Assembly: GCA_951406725.2 (NCBI GenBank)
Contig: OX597823.1
Location: 112,220,001-112,284,000, forward strand
Direction: 5' to 3'
DNA from: Octopus vulgaris
Taxonomy: Eukaryota
DNA: 64,000 nt
Shown here: positions 38,585 through 51,140 of the stretch, piece after piece
How the letters are laid out: every line of letters starts with the position of its first letter
Position numbering within the stretch: the stretch's first letter is position 1
The notes under the pieces: generated by a model
What the model saw: the letters and a program-made list of their open reading frames with translations, nothing else
Database searches by the model: none
Told to the model about the DNA's origin: nothing
Position numbers and translations under genes: made by a program

Positions 38585-40438
38585 TAACAACAAACAAGTT
38601 GAGGACAAATATCCGTCAAATGTAAATAATGTACATAATTCCTCGTCTCTTAAATATAGAACTGTATATATAGTCGAAAATTACAGAAAAACAAAATACG
38701 AAGACAGGTGTATGAACAACAAGCAGGTGTTTTAGTTTGATGCTCAGGAAAGTGAGGTCTTTTACATTTCAAGCCTACGCTCTTCAACGGAAAGGAATAT
38801 GAGAAAATAAAACAGAGAGAGTATAAAAACACATGTGGATTTAACAGTCAAATATATTATGTGTGTGTGTTTGTGTGTGATGTGGCCACCAGTACCCCAT
38901 GGGCTGGGTTCCTGTTATGAGCCTATGAAACTTTTAGTTGCATGGGGCCAATTCAAAACTGTTTTAAATAATAATATATTTAACTCCTACTAAATAATGT
39001 GTTGAGTGCTTGCCTCTTTCTTTCTTTTACCCACTCACTAGTGAGTGAGTATGTATGTGTGTGTATGTATGTGTGTGTGTGTGTGTGTATTACCACATCA
39101 CTACCACCATTATCATCACCAGCACCATCATCATTACAATCATCTTGACCACCACCAGCCTCACCCTCTCACCCAGTTTTCACCCATATCACTACTACTA
39201 CTACTACTATCACCACTACCCACCCCACCCGCCTTCACCTAATCCACTGATGTCATTAACTGTTTACCTTCTGATTCCAATAAGTCTATGGCCATTCCCT
39301 GACACCATGATTTAATGCCAGTACTTTCACCACTGCCGCCATCACCATCTCAATAACAACAACAACAACAACAATCATCTCCCAGCTTACCATTTCCTTA
39401 TATATTTTATATTACTTTTATTTCTATATATACTTATTTTTTTTGTTTCATAATCCTCATCAGTCTCTTTCCTTTTTCTTCATTGCGTTATTTCATTTTT
39501 CTTCTCTCTTTCATTTAATAATATTGTTGTTATATTTGTTATTCTTATTCTTTTTATATTTTCTTTGTTGTTATAGTTCTTGCTGTTGTTCTTGTAGTTG
39601 TTGTTGTGATTCTTGCCGCTGCTTTCTATTTTATTTCTATGTGCATTTTTTTTTTTTTTTTGGTATTTTTCATTTTCCATTTTTGTTTGTTTGTTGCTGT
39701 ATTATTAATCTCATTTGTTCTTCTCCTTTTTACCATAAAAGTCAATTTATTCGTAAAACTGACCTTTCGGTCAACCTACAATATCTCTGTGGCCACTGGT
39801 CAATCACGAAGAGAATCATCAGAGATTTAGCAATTCTTTGCTGCTTTTATCCTTTTCCATGTATTAACGGTGCCTCTGCTGGGTTGCTTGGCGATTTGGA
39901 CAATATACGAGACGGAAGTCGATTCCTGGAGAATCTGCAGATTGAATGGACTAAAGGAACAGTCATGTCTTTTGTCCATTTTGTTTTCCAATTTGCTTTT
40001 GCATTCAGAATAAAAATATTAATATGTATATGCATGTATATATGTGTATTAGAGTGTGTGCACGTGTGCGTGTGTGTGTGTGTGTGTGTTAGATTCTATG
40101 TACCTGCATATGGGTGCACACAAGTATCTGTCATTGCATGCATATGTGTATATGTGAGTGAGCTTGTTTGCTTTGTTAATATATCAGCATACGTATGTAC
40201 ACATGCACAAATATACATGCACAAAAATATATGAATATGTATGTATTTTTATATACATGCGTATGAATATATATGTGTATGTATGTCTGTGTATGTATGT
40301 ATATAAGTATATGCATGTAGATGGACACATCTACACACTAATATATACATAAATGTTGGTGTAGATATAGAAAATTAGTATGTGTATTGTTGTGAATACA
40401 TGCATACGTAGATATGTATACATACATATATGTATATA

Positions 40439-40490
<52 letters not shown>

Positions 40491-40935
40491 AATATATATA
40501 TTTGGATATACATGTGTATATATATATATATAGATATACATGTGTATATATATATATATATTTGTGTGTGCATACATGCATATAGACAGACAGACGCACA
40601 CACATGCACACACACACACACATGTGCGCACTGACACATATTTGTACATATTGGAACAGTTCTTCAGACTAACTAAATCAATACGAAAGATTTAAAAACT
40701 TAGTATGAGGTCCAAAGACCCTTGTAATCCTTTTGTGTATTTGCATTTCTTTGTGTGTGTCCGTGCTTCTGTGTAAAGTGATTGCATCTGTATATATGTA
40801 TGTGAGTATGTGCATTTATTTGTTAATATCTATCCGTGTCTGAGCTAAATCTTTGCTCTCTTCAATTTTCTTTCTATTTGTTCATTACTTTCACATATCT
40901 ACACAACAATACATATATATATATATATATATATA

Positions 40936-41265
40936 TGTGGAGGCGCAATGGCCCACTGGTTAGGGCAGCGGTCGTACGATCGTAGTCGTAGGATCGCGGT
41001 CATACGATCGTGGTCGTAGGATCACGGTCGTAGGATCACGGTCGTAGGATCGCAGTTTCGATTTCCAGACCGGGTGTTGTGAATGTTTATTGAGCGTAAA
41101 CACCTAAAAAGTCCCATGAGGCTCCAGCAGGGGGTGGTGGTGGTCCCTGCTGTACTCTTTCGCCACAACTTTCTCTTGCTCTTTCTTCTGAAGCCCTGCT
41201 CGCTTAGCCTGCGGCGTGGTGTCATTTGAAGGCTAAAACAATGTGAAGCGCATTGTGACCAGCAC
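40936..41265 (+). mobile_element. tRNA(Arg)-like SINE family E with an internal 14-bp tandem expansion
   Basis: Head ggaggcgcaatggcccactggttagggcagc, then six copies of gcggtcgtaggatc-like units (40968-41051), B box gtttcgattt, and the family E tail. Confidence 0.8.
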
Positions 41266-41271
41266 AACCTT

Positions 41272-41680
41272 TGAACATTAGGCCTCCCCGAGGCAATGAC
41301 TAGTGACTGAGACCTTTGGAGATATGCTGTGCTTGAGAAGACTCAGCAAGCCAAGTGAGACCACAACCCATGGCCTATGCCAGTGCAGCATAACCGGCCC
41401 ATTTAAGAATACCCAGCCATCATTGGGCAATAAACTGCACTTGCGAAGACCTGTTGTGTCAAGCAAAGTCAATGTCATAGCTGATGCCAGTACTGCCTGA
41501 TTGGCACCCGTGTCAGTGGCATGTAAAAAGCACCATTCATATGTGTTTGATGTCAGTGCTGCCTGACTGGTCCCATGCCGGTGGCATGTAAAAAGCACCA
41601 TTCAGGCATGGTCGTTGCCAGTGCCACCTGACTGGCTTCCATACTGGTGGCATTGAAAAAGTACCATTCAAGCATGGTTG
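41272..41680 (+). mobile_element. SINE family B-related internal region with ~64-bp subrepeats
   Basis: gtggcatgtaaaaagcaccattca-like unit occurs three times; the motif is shared with 42665-42755. Confidence 0.6.
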
Positions 41681-42024
41681 TGGTGGAAGTGGCCATAGCA
41701 ATTGTAGTCTAGTCAATGAAATTGACCACAGAGCATAGAGCGATGCTGTTAAATCTTAAGGAGACAGAGAAGGAAAAAGATAGGAGCTGGAGGAAGAAGA
41801 GAACAATGAGACTGAAGGAATAGAAGGGATGCAAGAAGAGGAGGTGGATTGGCATTTAGAATTCGGAGGAATGATGGTTTCATTTCATACAATTTAAAAT
41901 AATATCTGTTATCTGCTTACAGATTTCATCTTCCATATACATAGATGATCACAAGTTTATATAACAACGTTTACACACTTTTGCATTAATATGTCTATAA
42001 ACAAATGCACAACCATACATACAT

Positions 42025-42073
<49 letters not shown>

Positions 42074-42655
42074 TACAGAGAAAGAGAGAGAGATCTAGGG
42101 ACAATTGAGGCAAGCTAGAACATAGGATAAGTTAGAACACCTTCTATTTCCAGCAGAAACAAAGAACTTATTAGGGACCACACTGCTGTCTTGGAAGAGT
42201 TTCTTATACAGCTGCCTTTCAATAATACTCACATGAAGGACATACAGAAGCTTTTCAGTTGTATGAGAAGGTTTTTGTATTCTTCATGAATTTAAACAAA
42301 ATTTTCATTGTTGGAAATATCCAGTTTGTTCAGCAGAAAATGTAGTGAGACATGAATGTTTAGTAGAAAGTAATCAGAATGAAGCAGTAAATAATTTACC
42401 TGTTTCAGTTTGTACACTGCATATGCTATGATCACTACTGTATCGGGTTAGTTGCATGGGCACATGTAGTAAATTGGGCATGGCCAAATTGCAGCTTGCA
42501 GGACCTTTTGAATGGCACACCTAATGAAAAATTGCCTCCAGTGTTTTTAGTAGTGCAGTCCACCTGATGATGATCCATGTCTCATGCAACCCACTCCTTG
42601 TGAAAAATTTCCCTGCCTTGATTTCAACTCAAAAGAATGTCAGAATTTTAGTCAT

Positions 42656-42918
42656 TAGCACACCTGTGCCGTTGGCATGTGTAAAAAAATTTGAGCAAGG
42701 TCGTTGCCAGTATCACCTGACTGGCCCCTGTGCCGGTGGAACGTAAAAGCACCCACTACACTCTCAGAGTGGTTGGTGTTAGTAAGGGCATCCAGATGTA
42801 GAAACTCTGCCAGATCAAGACTGGAGCCTGGTGCAGCCATCTGGTTTGCCAGCCCACAGTCAAACGTCCAACCCATGCTAGCATGGAAAGCGGACGTTAA
42901 ACGATGATGATGATGATG
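42656..42918 (+). mobile_element. SINE family B with (GAT)n tail
   Basis: Ends acccatgctagcatggaaagcggacgttaaacgatgatgat. Confidence 0.8.
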
Positions 42919-43798
42919 AATAAATGAATTGACTGCCTGAAGAAACCCCAGTGGTGAATGCTAGATACATGAAGATTAGTTCTACTATTTTATTAAGAAA
43001 ATTTATCTGGGAACATTTTAAATACAGAGATGGAAGATTATATTCTTTTGCATTTTACAGGAAAAGAAAAGGGGTGCTATTTTGCAGCACGAGTAAATTA
43101 AAGGAAAAAAAATAATGTGGTAACAAACAAAGTCTTTCAGCGTGTCCTAAGTAAAGATTTTGCAAACCCCAAATTCACAGTGCCCAACACATGAACAAGG
43201 AAACTTCATATTTATACTGCCTGCTCCATAAAAAACAATCCTTAGCAGAAATTTATATATCATGCTGCTCTATCAGCCTGTATGATATATTCTAAATCAA
43301 TAAACCTTATTTATAGGTAACAAACTAAAGTTACAATCATGCCTGGTTCAAGTTGATAAATTATATAAATTGGAAATGAAAATTGAAATGATGCAAACTT
43401 AATTCTTGAACTCAACCACATAACTACTATAAGCCAGACCCTCTTTTATATGTCTGCAGGGTTTTAATTGACATATAATGAGGTTTTATATACAATTACA
43501 TTTTCATTCAATGTTCTTATTTTCTCAATGCTTCAAAAATATAACAAATATATTTCCTTTCTCGTAATATGTAAGATTAAAGCTTCTAATTTGATTTCCA
43601 AATGTTAGTCTCTCGGGTGTAGGAAGAATCATGGCTGTCCAGTTTACGGCAGATGCATGGTTTTATTTCTTTGGGTGACTGGATTCACATTCTTTTTTTT
43701 TTCTTTTCTCCAAGAACATTTTATCTGACATATTATGAGTTATTATTATTTGAACAAATTTGTAAAGACACACACACACACACACATACATATGTTTG

Positions 43799-44095
43799 TT
43801 CCTTCTTGAGCCATGCCTGGCTCATAAGGGCTTGTTTCCCGGTTTCCTTGGTGTAAAGGTTACCCACCTGGACGGGACGCCGGTCCATTGCAGGTGAGCT
43901 GCTAGATGCAGGAGGAAAGAGTGAGAGAAAGTTGTGGCGAAAGAGTCAGCAGAAGTTCGCCATTACCTTCTGCCAGAGCCGCATGGAGCTTAGGTGTTTT
44001 GTCCATAAACACACACATCGCCCGGTCTGAGATTAAAACCTGCGATCCATCGACCGCAAGTCCGCTGCTCCAACCACTAGGCCATGTATCTCCAC
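43799..44095 (-). mobile_element. SINE family D
   Basis: Homologous to 18316-18587. Confidence 0.8.
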
Positions 44096-44642
44096 ATACA
44101 TATATATAATAATATAAATAATATATAAATATATGCATTTATACATACATATATGTATATACGTACATATATATGTATATATACATGCATATATGTGTAC
44201 AGGACATAAAAAAAAACTCAACAAAATGAGAAATGAGAACATAAAAAACAAACACATAGAAAACGAACTTTTTTTGAACAACGAAAGAAACAAACAGAGA
44301 AACGAGACAGGCAGCATAAAGAACATTCCCTTCGTCAGTTGTCCCCTGTTTATCTACTCCGCATTTCGAAGGTAGGGACAAGACGTGACTTCATTAAAAC
44401 AGTAATTCCTGAAAAGCAAATTATAATGATTTGAAATTTTGGTGCAGAGGCAGCTATTTCAGTGGTGGACATAAGTCCCAAAAGGACAAAAAGCAAAATC
44501 AATCTTGGTAGAGTTTGAACTCAAAGCATAAAGCTGGATGAAATGTCAGTAAACATTTTGCTAATGGTTTTGCCAGGTCACTGCTTTACAATCACACACA
44601 TACACACACACACACACACACATTTTTTAAGCACATATTTAT

Positions 44643-46020
44643 ATTGAAGAGGCTGTGAATATGCTACGGAAACAAAATAAATGCAAGCGTGTTAGAAGCA
44701 ACAAAAAATTTGGCTTGTGACAAGGAAAACGATATGGAATTCGACTCTGTTGGTTCAAGAAAAGAATGTGAGAATAAAAAACCCAGTCCTCCATTACCTT
44801 ACAGAGTTGCCAAAGCATTGGATCCAGATATTTTTCGGAATGTTGAATTCGATAACTGGCAAGAAGCTAAAAGAGCTGAGTTATTGACGAAAAGGCTTTC
44901 CGAATTTCAGCCGGGAGATAAATGCCAAGTTTTAATAGACGGAACTGACCGAACATATAATGCTCATGTTCAAGAAATAACTGATAAAGAGGGCCATGTT
45001 GAAATATATGTGGAAGAACTTGGTAAGAAGTGCCAAGTTGCTTACGACTGTTTAAGACACGTACCTTCAAATGAACGATACCTATTGAAAACCGGTAGAA
45101 AGTGCTGAAAAGCAGTAACAATGGTTGTACATATGAATGGTGCGAGTCAATTAGTCTCTAGTAATTTGACTACTTCCACTAAAGTAAAAAAATCTGTTGG
45201 AAGACGCCATGCTAAAATCTACACCCCAAAGAAACTGAATTCGGCTAATAGAACTGCTAAATTTTCCCGCAGTCTTCATAAATATCCTAAGAGTTCAAAC
45301 ACAGAAAACGACGACTATGTTGCAGAGAAAGTAAATATCGATAAATCTTTAAATAACTTCAATGAAAATGCTATTTGTGAATGTCATTACTGTAAGCAGC
45401 TAGAATATGACCAATCAAATACTGAAATGTTGGGGACTCCGTCTCTACCGCCGACATCGGTAAGCGCTAATGACTCTTCAAGCGGTAGTATGTTTGTAAC
45501 TGGTGATCAACCACCTCTTACTAATGTAAACAATAACTCGACTTCTCTATCAGTACCTGTAAGTATGACTTCACGAATTTCTATAAATCCTCACATTTGG
45601 ATTCCTTACTTGGAGCGAGCGAACAGTTTGGTAAATTTCAATGTTGGAGTTTCTCAAGACGAGTGCGGAAGAGACTTACCTTTCTCGGATTTGGCTACTT
45701 TAAGATAAGTCTACAACCTTGGTTTTGAGTACCACAAAGCTGTCAGCCTTTTACAAAACACGAACGTAACCGCTACTTCTATGCCCCAGTCAGTATCCTC
45801 TTTTCGCTATAATTCGTCTATGACCGCTCCCGTCCACAGTACACCTGTATATTATCCGGTACAACACACCTACACCCACCAGCTATATGCTATGTACCCA
45901 CAGAACTTCGCCACAGCTACCGCTGTCTCCACTGGTCAATCTTCTCAAATTCCATTTATTCCACGTATTGCTTCTATGCAAAATGTTCAGTATTCAGGCA
46001 ACACGTTGCCATCTCAATAG
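44643..46020 (+). pseudogene. Processed pseudogene (retrocopy) of an Otu/OTUD4/ALG13-family gene: Tudor domain and downstream region, no OTU domain
   Basis: ORFs 44689-45108, 45121-45708 and 45781-46020 share one frame, broken by TGA/TAA/TAG. Motifs PPLPYRVAKALDPDIFRNVEFDNW, GDKCQV..YNAHVQEI..VEIYVEELGKK (Tudor) and GRDLPFSDLATLR*VYNLG match this family. No introns; probable frameshift near 44710. Confidence 0.85.
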
Positions 46021-46029
46021 CAGACTCTG

Positions 46030-46130
46030 TTGGCTAGCATAGTGGCGTCATTTGAAGGCTAAAACAATGTGAAGCGCATTGTGACCAGCAATGTGTAGCA
46101 ACATCTGATAGCCTGGTCGGTCACGGTGAT
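46030..46130 (+). mobile_element. SINE family E 3' tail abutting the retrocopy
   Basis: gtggcgtcatttgaaggctaaaacaatgtgaagcgcattgtgaccagc...gtcacggtgata. Confidence 0.75.
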
Positions 46131-46133
46131 ATA

Positions 46134-46310
46134 TATTACTGGTGAAGGCCTGTTTATAGGGTCACCCTGGGTTTCTCACCATAAAGAGTATCTTTGTGGC
46201 GTATCAGCAGACTCTAGGCCAACAAGTCTAGGGTCAGATGATACACCATAAAGATAGTCTTATGGCGAGAAACCCAGGGCGACCCTATGAGCAGTCCTTC
46301 CCCAGCAATA
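46134..46310. repeat. Fold-back (~85-bp arms) made of two inverted hammerhead-bearing repeats
   Basis: Left arm tattactggtgaagg..gactctaggc is the imperfect reverse complement of gtctagggtc..ccccagcaata; homologous to 3192-3277. Confidence 0.8.
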
Positions 46311-46402
46311 AATATAAACTACTCTACTTCCTAAGGGTGCTTCTTCTCCATTTTGATGTTTTTCATAAAAAAAAACGATATATATTTATGAATATATATA
46401 CA

Positions 46403-47547
46403 TACTACCCGAATAGCCTGTCGTTGCCAGGCAATTTTTACAATAGATTGTCTTATATAAATTTTTATTTATTCCATATCAGAGTATGCCTTCCCCAACA
46501 GATAGACCTCTTGCTCAGGACAGAGTTGTGCAATTTTTCACCAAAAAACTTCGTTGAGGATTTTCTCCTTCTTAAATTATTTACATGCCTGTTCGACTGT
46601 TTCACATGGCTTCATTCATTAAAACTTCAGAAGTTCTTACAACTTTGTGTGTCGCAATGCTTTGCTTTCGTTTGTTTAATAAAAATTCCTCCTCCTAATG
46701 ATTTTGCTTTCATTTCATGATAGATAACTATCATACAGAAAATACCAGTTATCATGCAACCATCATGCAAAAAATGCCAGCTTCTACGTCCTGTTTTCAG
46801 ATTAGGTAAAATTGATATAACATTAAACCTCAGAAACATTTTTCTGGAAGAAATAAATGACAAAATCGTATTTAACGGGGAAAATTTATTTCAATATTAC
46901 AAATTTAGAAATTTCGACTTAATTTTAAAATCTCACAATATGTGACAGCAACGGAAAAAACCATACTAAAATATAGAGACAGACAGTTATAGGCTGTGTC
47001 ACACACTCACACACATTTACAAACGTAATTAAAAGTAATTTAAAATGGTATATAGTAGGATATATGTATATAACTATATATGCATGTATGTATGTACGTA
47101 TGTATGTTTACATATATATATATGTATGTATGTGTATGCGTCTGTGTGTGAGAGTTTCTTTGTGATGGACAGCAGAAAAGCCACCTATCCCCTCTCTCCT
47201 TAATGCTATGTATTCCTCACAACCACCTTCCTCTGTGTGTGTGAGTGTGTTGTTTTTACGAAAGTATGTTTTGCAGCGTTGCGTGTATATGACAGCTGTA
47301 TCAGCATTACAACCTATTGATATAAGTCACCCTCTCTCTGTTACTACTTTTCCCTCAGCCTAATACTTTTTGCAACCTTCTCATTTTATCATATATAGAT
47401 TTTTATTGAAATCCAATTCGCCTGTCATTGAACTGGATGTTAGTGTAACATGTATGCAAAGTTTCGTGAATATTGGTTCGCTGGTTTAGGCACTAAGATG
47501 GCAACAGACAGACATACAGACAGAACTTGTCATTTATATATTAGGTA
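46403..47547 (-). mobile_element. Non-autonomous Helitron-like element
   Basis: Left end has hairpin gcctg-tcgttgc-caggc next to a degenerate CTAG; right end acagacagaacttgtcatttatatattag. Same organisation as 51774-52162. Confidence 0.55.
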
Positions 47548-48261
47548 TATATATACACAGAAATATACATGCACACACATACACACACACATAAACATGT
47601 ATATATACAGCCAGATATATCATAGATATACAGACACGCATACACACAAAAATGTATGCACACAGATTTTACAACTAATCTGTTAAATACATTGCACATC
47701 AGTAAATGAATTCTCTGTGAAAGACAAGTAAAAAAATAAATAAAACAATAAAAACAATTAAGTAGGAATAATTAGAAATATTTCCTTCATCCACTAATTG
47801 AAACCAACTTTGCTTTGACCATGTTACAAAGGAAACTACTTGGTAATAATACTAAACAGAGGACTTTGTGTTATTGCAAAGATAGCATGAAGATGGTGCC
47901 TTAATCAGAGTGGTCGTCATCATTAACTACAGTTGTTAACAATAGTCAAAAGTAATTAGAACTTTTGTCATTGATGTCATTTAAAATGAAACAGGGACTG
48001 AGATATAAAAGTGAGGAAAGATGGAGGAGAGAATAATGAAAGAACGGGGAAGGTGATGGGAGTAGGAAGAAAGCAAGTATATGCCTATGTACAAACATCT
48101 ATTTTTATATACACATATATAGATATGTTACAGAAATATATGCGTGTGTGTGTGTTTGTGTTGCCCACATCCTCACTACCATTCTGCATCTACTTCCCAA
48201 GTTAGTTGGAATTGACAGGGAGTTGCTTCTACTCACTCAGTTGTATCTATTTGTCTGTCTG

Positions 48262-48344
<83 letters not shown>

Positions 48345-48619
48345 ATATGTGTGTGTATACATACATACACACATACATACGTACATATATATGACGAACT
48401 AACTGTTACTTTCTCAGATGCAACACGGATTTTTGTCAGTGAACAGGTCGCGGATTTTAGTGACGAAAATATTTTGACAAATTAAACTTAAATGTTGAAG
48501 TGAATCGAACAGCTTTTGTGTGTTTCTTAAATGGCTTATAAACACCTTCCACGCTGCAATTGTTTTCGTTTCAGCACACGATCTCAGATCAAATCACTTG
48601 CTATGCGAGCACATCTCCG

Positions 48620-48659
<40 letters not shown>

Positions 48660-48959
48660 TCTTTCTATCTATCTGTCTGTCTATCTACCTATTTATCTAT
48701 CTATCTAGCTCTGTATATATATATAGTTGGAATTTACCGAAAAACAAAAGAAGACATGTTCAGAAACAGCAAACAGGTGTATTAGTTTAAAGCTCAGAAA
48801 GGTGAGAAAGTCTTTTACGTTTCGAGCAGATGCTCTTCAACAGAAAGGAACACAAAATAAACAGAGAGAATTAAAAAAAAGCTTTTGCGGCTAGCGGTCA
48901 ATATCATTATTAACATTATCATCTTCCGTAAACATCTGCTTTATGTATATATATATAAG

Positions 48960-50340
48960 TAATTTTATTCCACACAGGTAGAAATATAGGAAAAATAGAG
49001 GTTTAAAATGCACTGAGAATAGTTAAAATATTTTTTATTAATATATTTAAAGCTTTAACCGGTTTCACAGTTTACATTGATTTTCACAAAGTTCAAATAG
49101 AAAGACATGGCTTATATCACAGCTGTCTTGCTTCTGATTAGTGTTTGAACCTTGTCCTATTTTTATAGGGAGTTCATGGCTCAAATTAGTATATGTTTTG
49201 AATAGGGTTTGATTGATAGAGGATAGTCACATGACTGGTCTTAGAAATTTTTGTAGGTTCCCCGTTAGTATCAAGTGATAATGATTATCATCGTAAGTTA
49301 AGGCTGACACGGTTGACTGAACAAGCCCAAACAATCACTGCTCTCAATGTTTTCTGTCAAGTGTTTCTAGAGAATGAACACGTGATTAAACTTATAACCT
49401 TTCGTATTTTACCTCTACATCTATGCGTTGATGTATATTTTGCACCTAAAAAGAAGGCGGACACAGTTGAGTGAACATATTTAATGATAATCAAGACAGT
49501 CCAAATTTAATCTGTCTTGTGGAAGAGTGGACACGAGTCATTTGTATGTAGTCCAATGGTTAAAATCTAGGTTCTTAACTGTGTAGATTCCTCATGCTAA
49601 GTGGCAGAAGGAATTTTGTGTGTGAATAGTTATTTGCGTATGTACTCTGTTAAAGTTTGTTAAGCCCTGGTTTGTACTTTTGTATGAAAGTTTTTTCTTT
49701 GTTTATCCATGCTTCATCTGTGGTATTCACTGATCGTAGGTAAAATGGGAAGACCTGGAATTTGGGGGACATATTTTTTGCACTTATGTCTATGTGTCCA
49801 CTCAGTGAAATCTGTCTAGTATTGGAGTCTCATATTTCTTGCTAGAGCATGGTCAGTCTGTTTCTTAGAGTAAACTTTGTTTGGCCTATGTAATTTTCTT
49901 TACATCCTTGACATTTAATAGCGTATATTAAATTCCTTGAAGAACATTATAACTAAACATGTTCACTCAGTCATGTCGGCCTTCTTTTTAGGGGCAAAAT
50001 AGACTGTCACATGACACTAGCATATGAACGTAGCGAGAAACGTATAAAAGGTTATAAATTTAATCACGTGTTCGTTCTCTAGAAACACTTGACAGAAAAC
50101 ATTCAGGGCATTGATTGTTTGGACATGTTCAGTTAACAGTGCCAGCCATAACTTACAATGCCGAACATTGTCACCTGACACTAAAACACAGACATAGCAG
50201 GGAACCTATAAAACTTTCTTAGACCAGTCATGTGACTATCCTCTACCAATCAAATCCTATTCAAAACATATACTAATTCGAGCCATGAACTCCTTATAAA
50301 AATAGGGCAAGCTTCAAACACTAGTCAGAAACAAGACTAA
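48960..50340 (-). mobile_element. 5'-truncated Penelope-like element with an inverted pseudo-LTR
   Basis: 49125-49483 and 49955-50338 are inverted copies flanking a GIY-YIG relic; hammerhead-like motif at 49053-49091. Confidence 0.85.
49650..49946 (-). pseudogene. GIY-YIG endonuclease fragment of a PLE (two internal stops)
   Basis: CSSRNLIYAIKCQGCKENYIGQTKFTLRNRLTML*QEI*..GHID..KEKTFIQKYKPGLNKL*. Confidence 0.85.
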
Positions 50341-50399
50341 TAACAGATTTGAGACCTTGATGTTCATCAGATCCCATTAAGTAACTACTTATACTTTTT

Positions 50400-50787
50400 T
50401 TTTACTTTTACTTGTTTCAGTCATTTGACTGCGGCCATGCTGCAGCACCACCTTTAGTCGAGCAAATTGACCCCAGGACTTATTCAATCAGTCTCTTTTA
50501 CCGAACCGCTAAGTCACAGGGATGTAAACACACCACCATCGGTTGTCAAGTGATGGTGGGGGCGGGGGGACAAACACAAACACATAAACACACACTCAAA
50601 CATATATATATATACATATATGTAACGGGCTTCTTTCAGTTTACGTCTATCAAATCCACTCACAAGGCTTTGGTCGGCCTGAAGCTATAGTAGAAGACAC
50701 TTGCCCAAGGTGCCACGCAGTAGGACTGAACCCGGAACCATGTGGTTCGTAAGAAAGCTACTTACCACACAGCCACTCCTGCGCCTA
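50400..50787 (-). mobile_element. SINE family A
   Basis: Reverse complement of family A. Confidence 0.85.
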
Positions 50788-50914
50788 TTAAGAAACACAA
50801 GAAAATGGTTTTAATATTTTCCCTTTAAAAAGTGCAGAACTCAGCATAATTTGAATAAAAGAGAAAATAATTAATTTTTTCAAAAAGTTTCGACCTATTA
50901 TAAATGAACATTAA

Positions 50915-51140
50915 TAATGATAATCCTTTCTACTTAAGGCAAAAGGCCTGAAATTTTGGAGGGGAGGCAAGTAGTTGATTACATCGACCCCAGTGTTACA
51001 CTGGTACTAAATTTATCGACCTCAAAAGGATGAAAGCCAAAGTCAACCTCGGCAGTATTTGAACTCAGATCATGGCAACTGATGAAATAACACTAAGCGT
51101 TTAATCCAGCACACTAACAATTCTGCCAGCTGGCCACCTT
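50915..51140 (-). mobile_element. Family N-related SINE, diverged
   Basis: gattacatcgaccccagtg..ctggtact..ggatgaaagccaaagtcaacctcggc..tttgaactcag. Confidence 0.7.

Noticed and set aside
44305-44370. Possible type II hammerhead (minus: ccttc GAAA...CTGACGA aggg)
   Set aside because: Stems I and III do not form in the required register; a competing ttgtccc/gggacaa hairpin dominates.
45106-46020. Rescue of the retrocopy's TGA/TAA/TAG stops by A-to-I editing or selenocysteine
   Set aside because: The copy is also truncated and probably frameshifted. The stops fit simple point mutations (CGA, TAC, CAG), and I see no SECIS or editing evidence.
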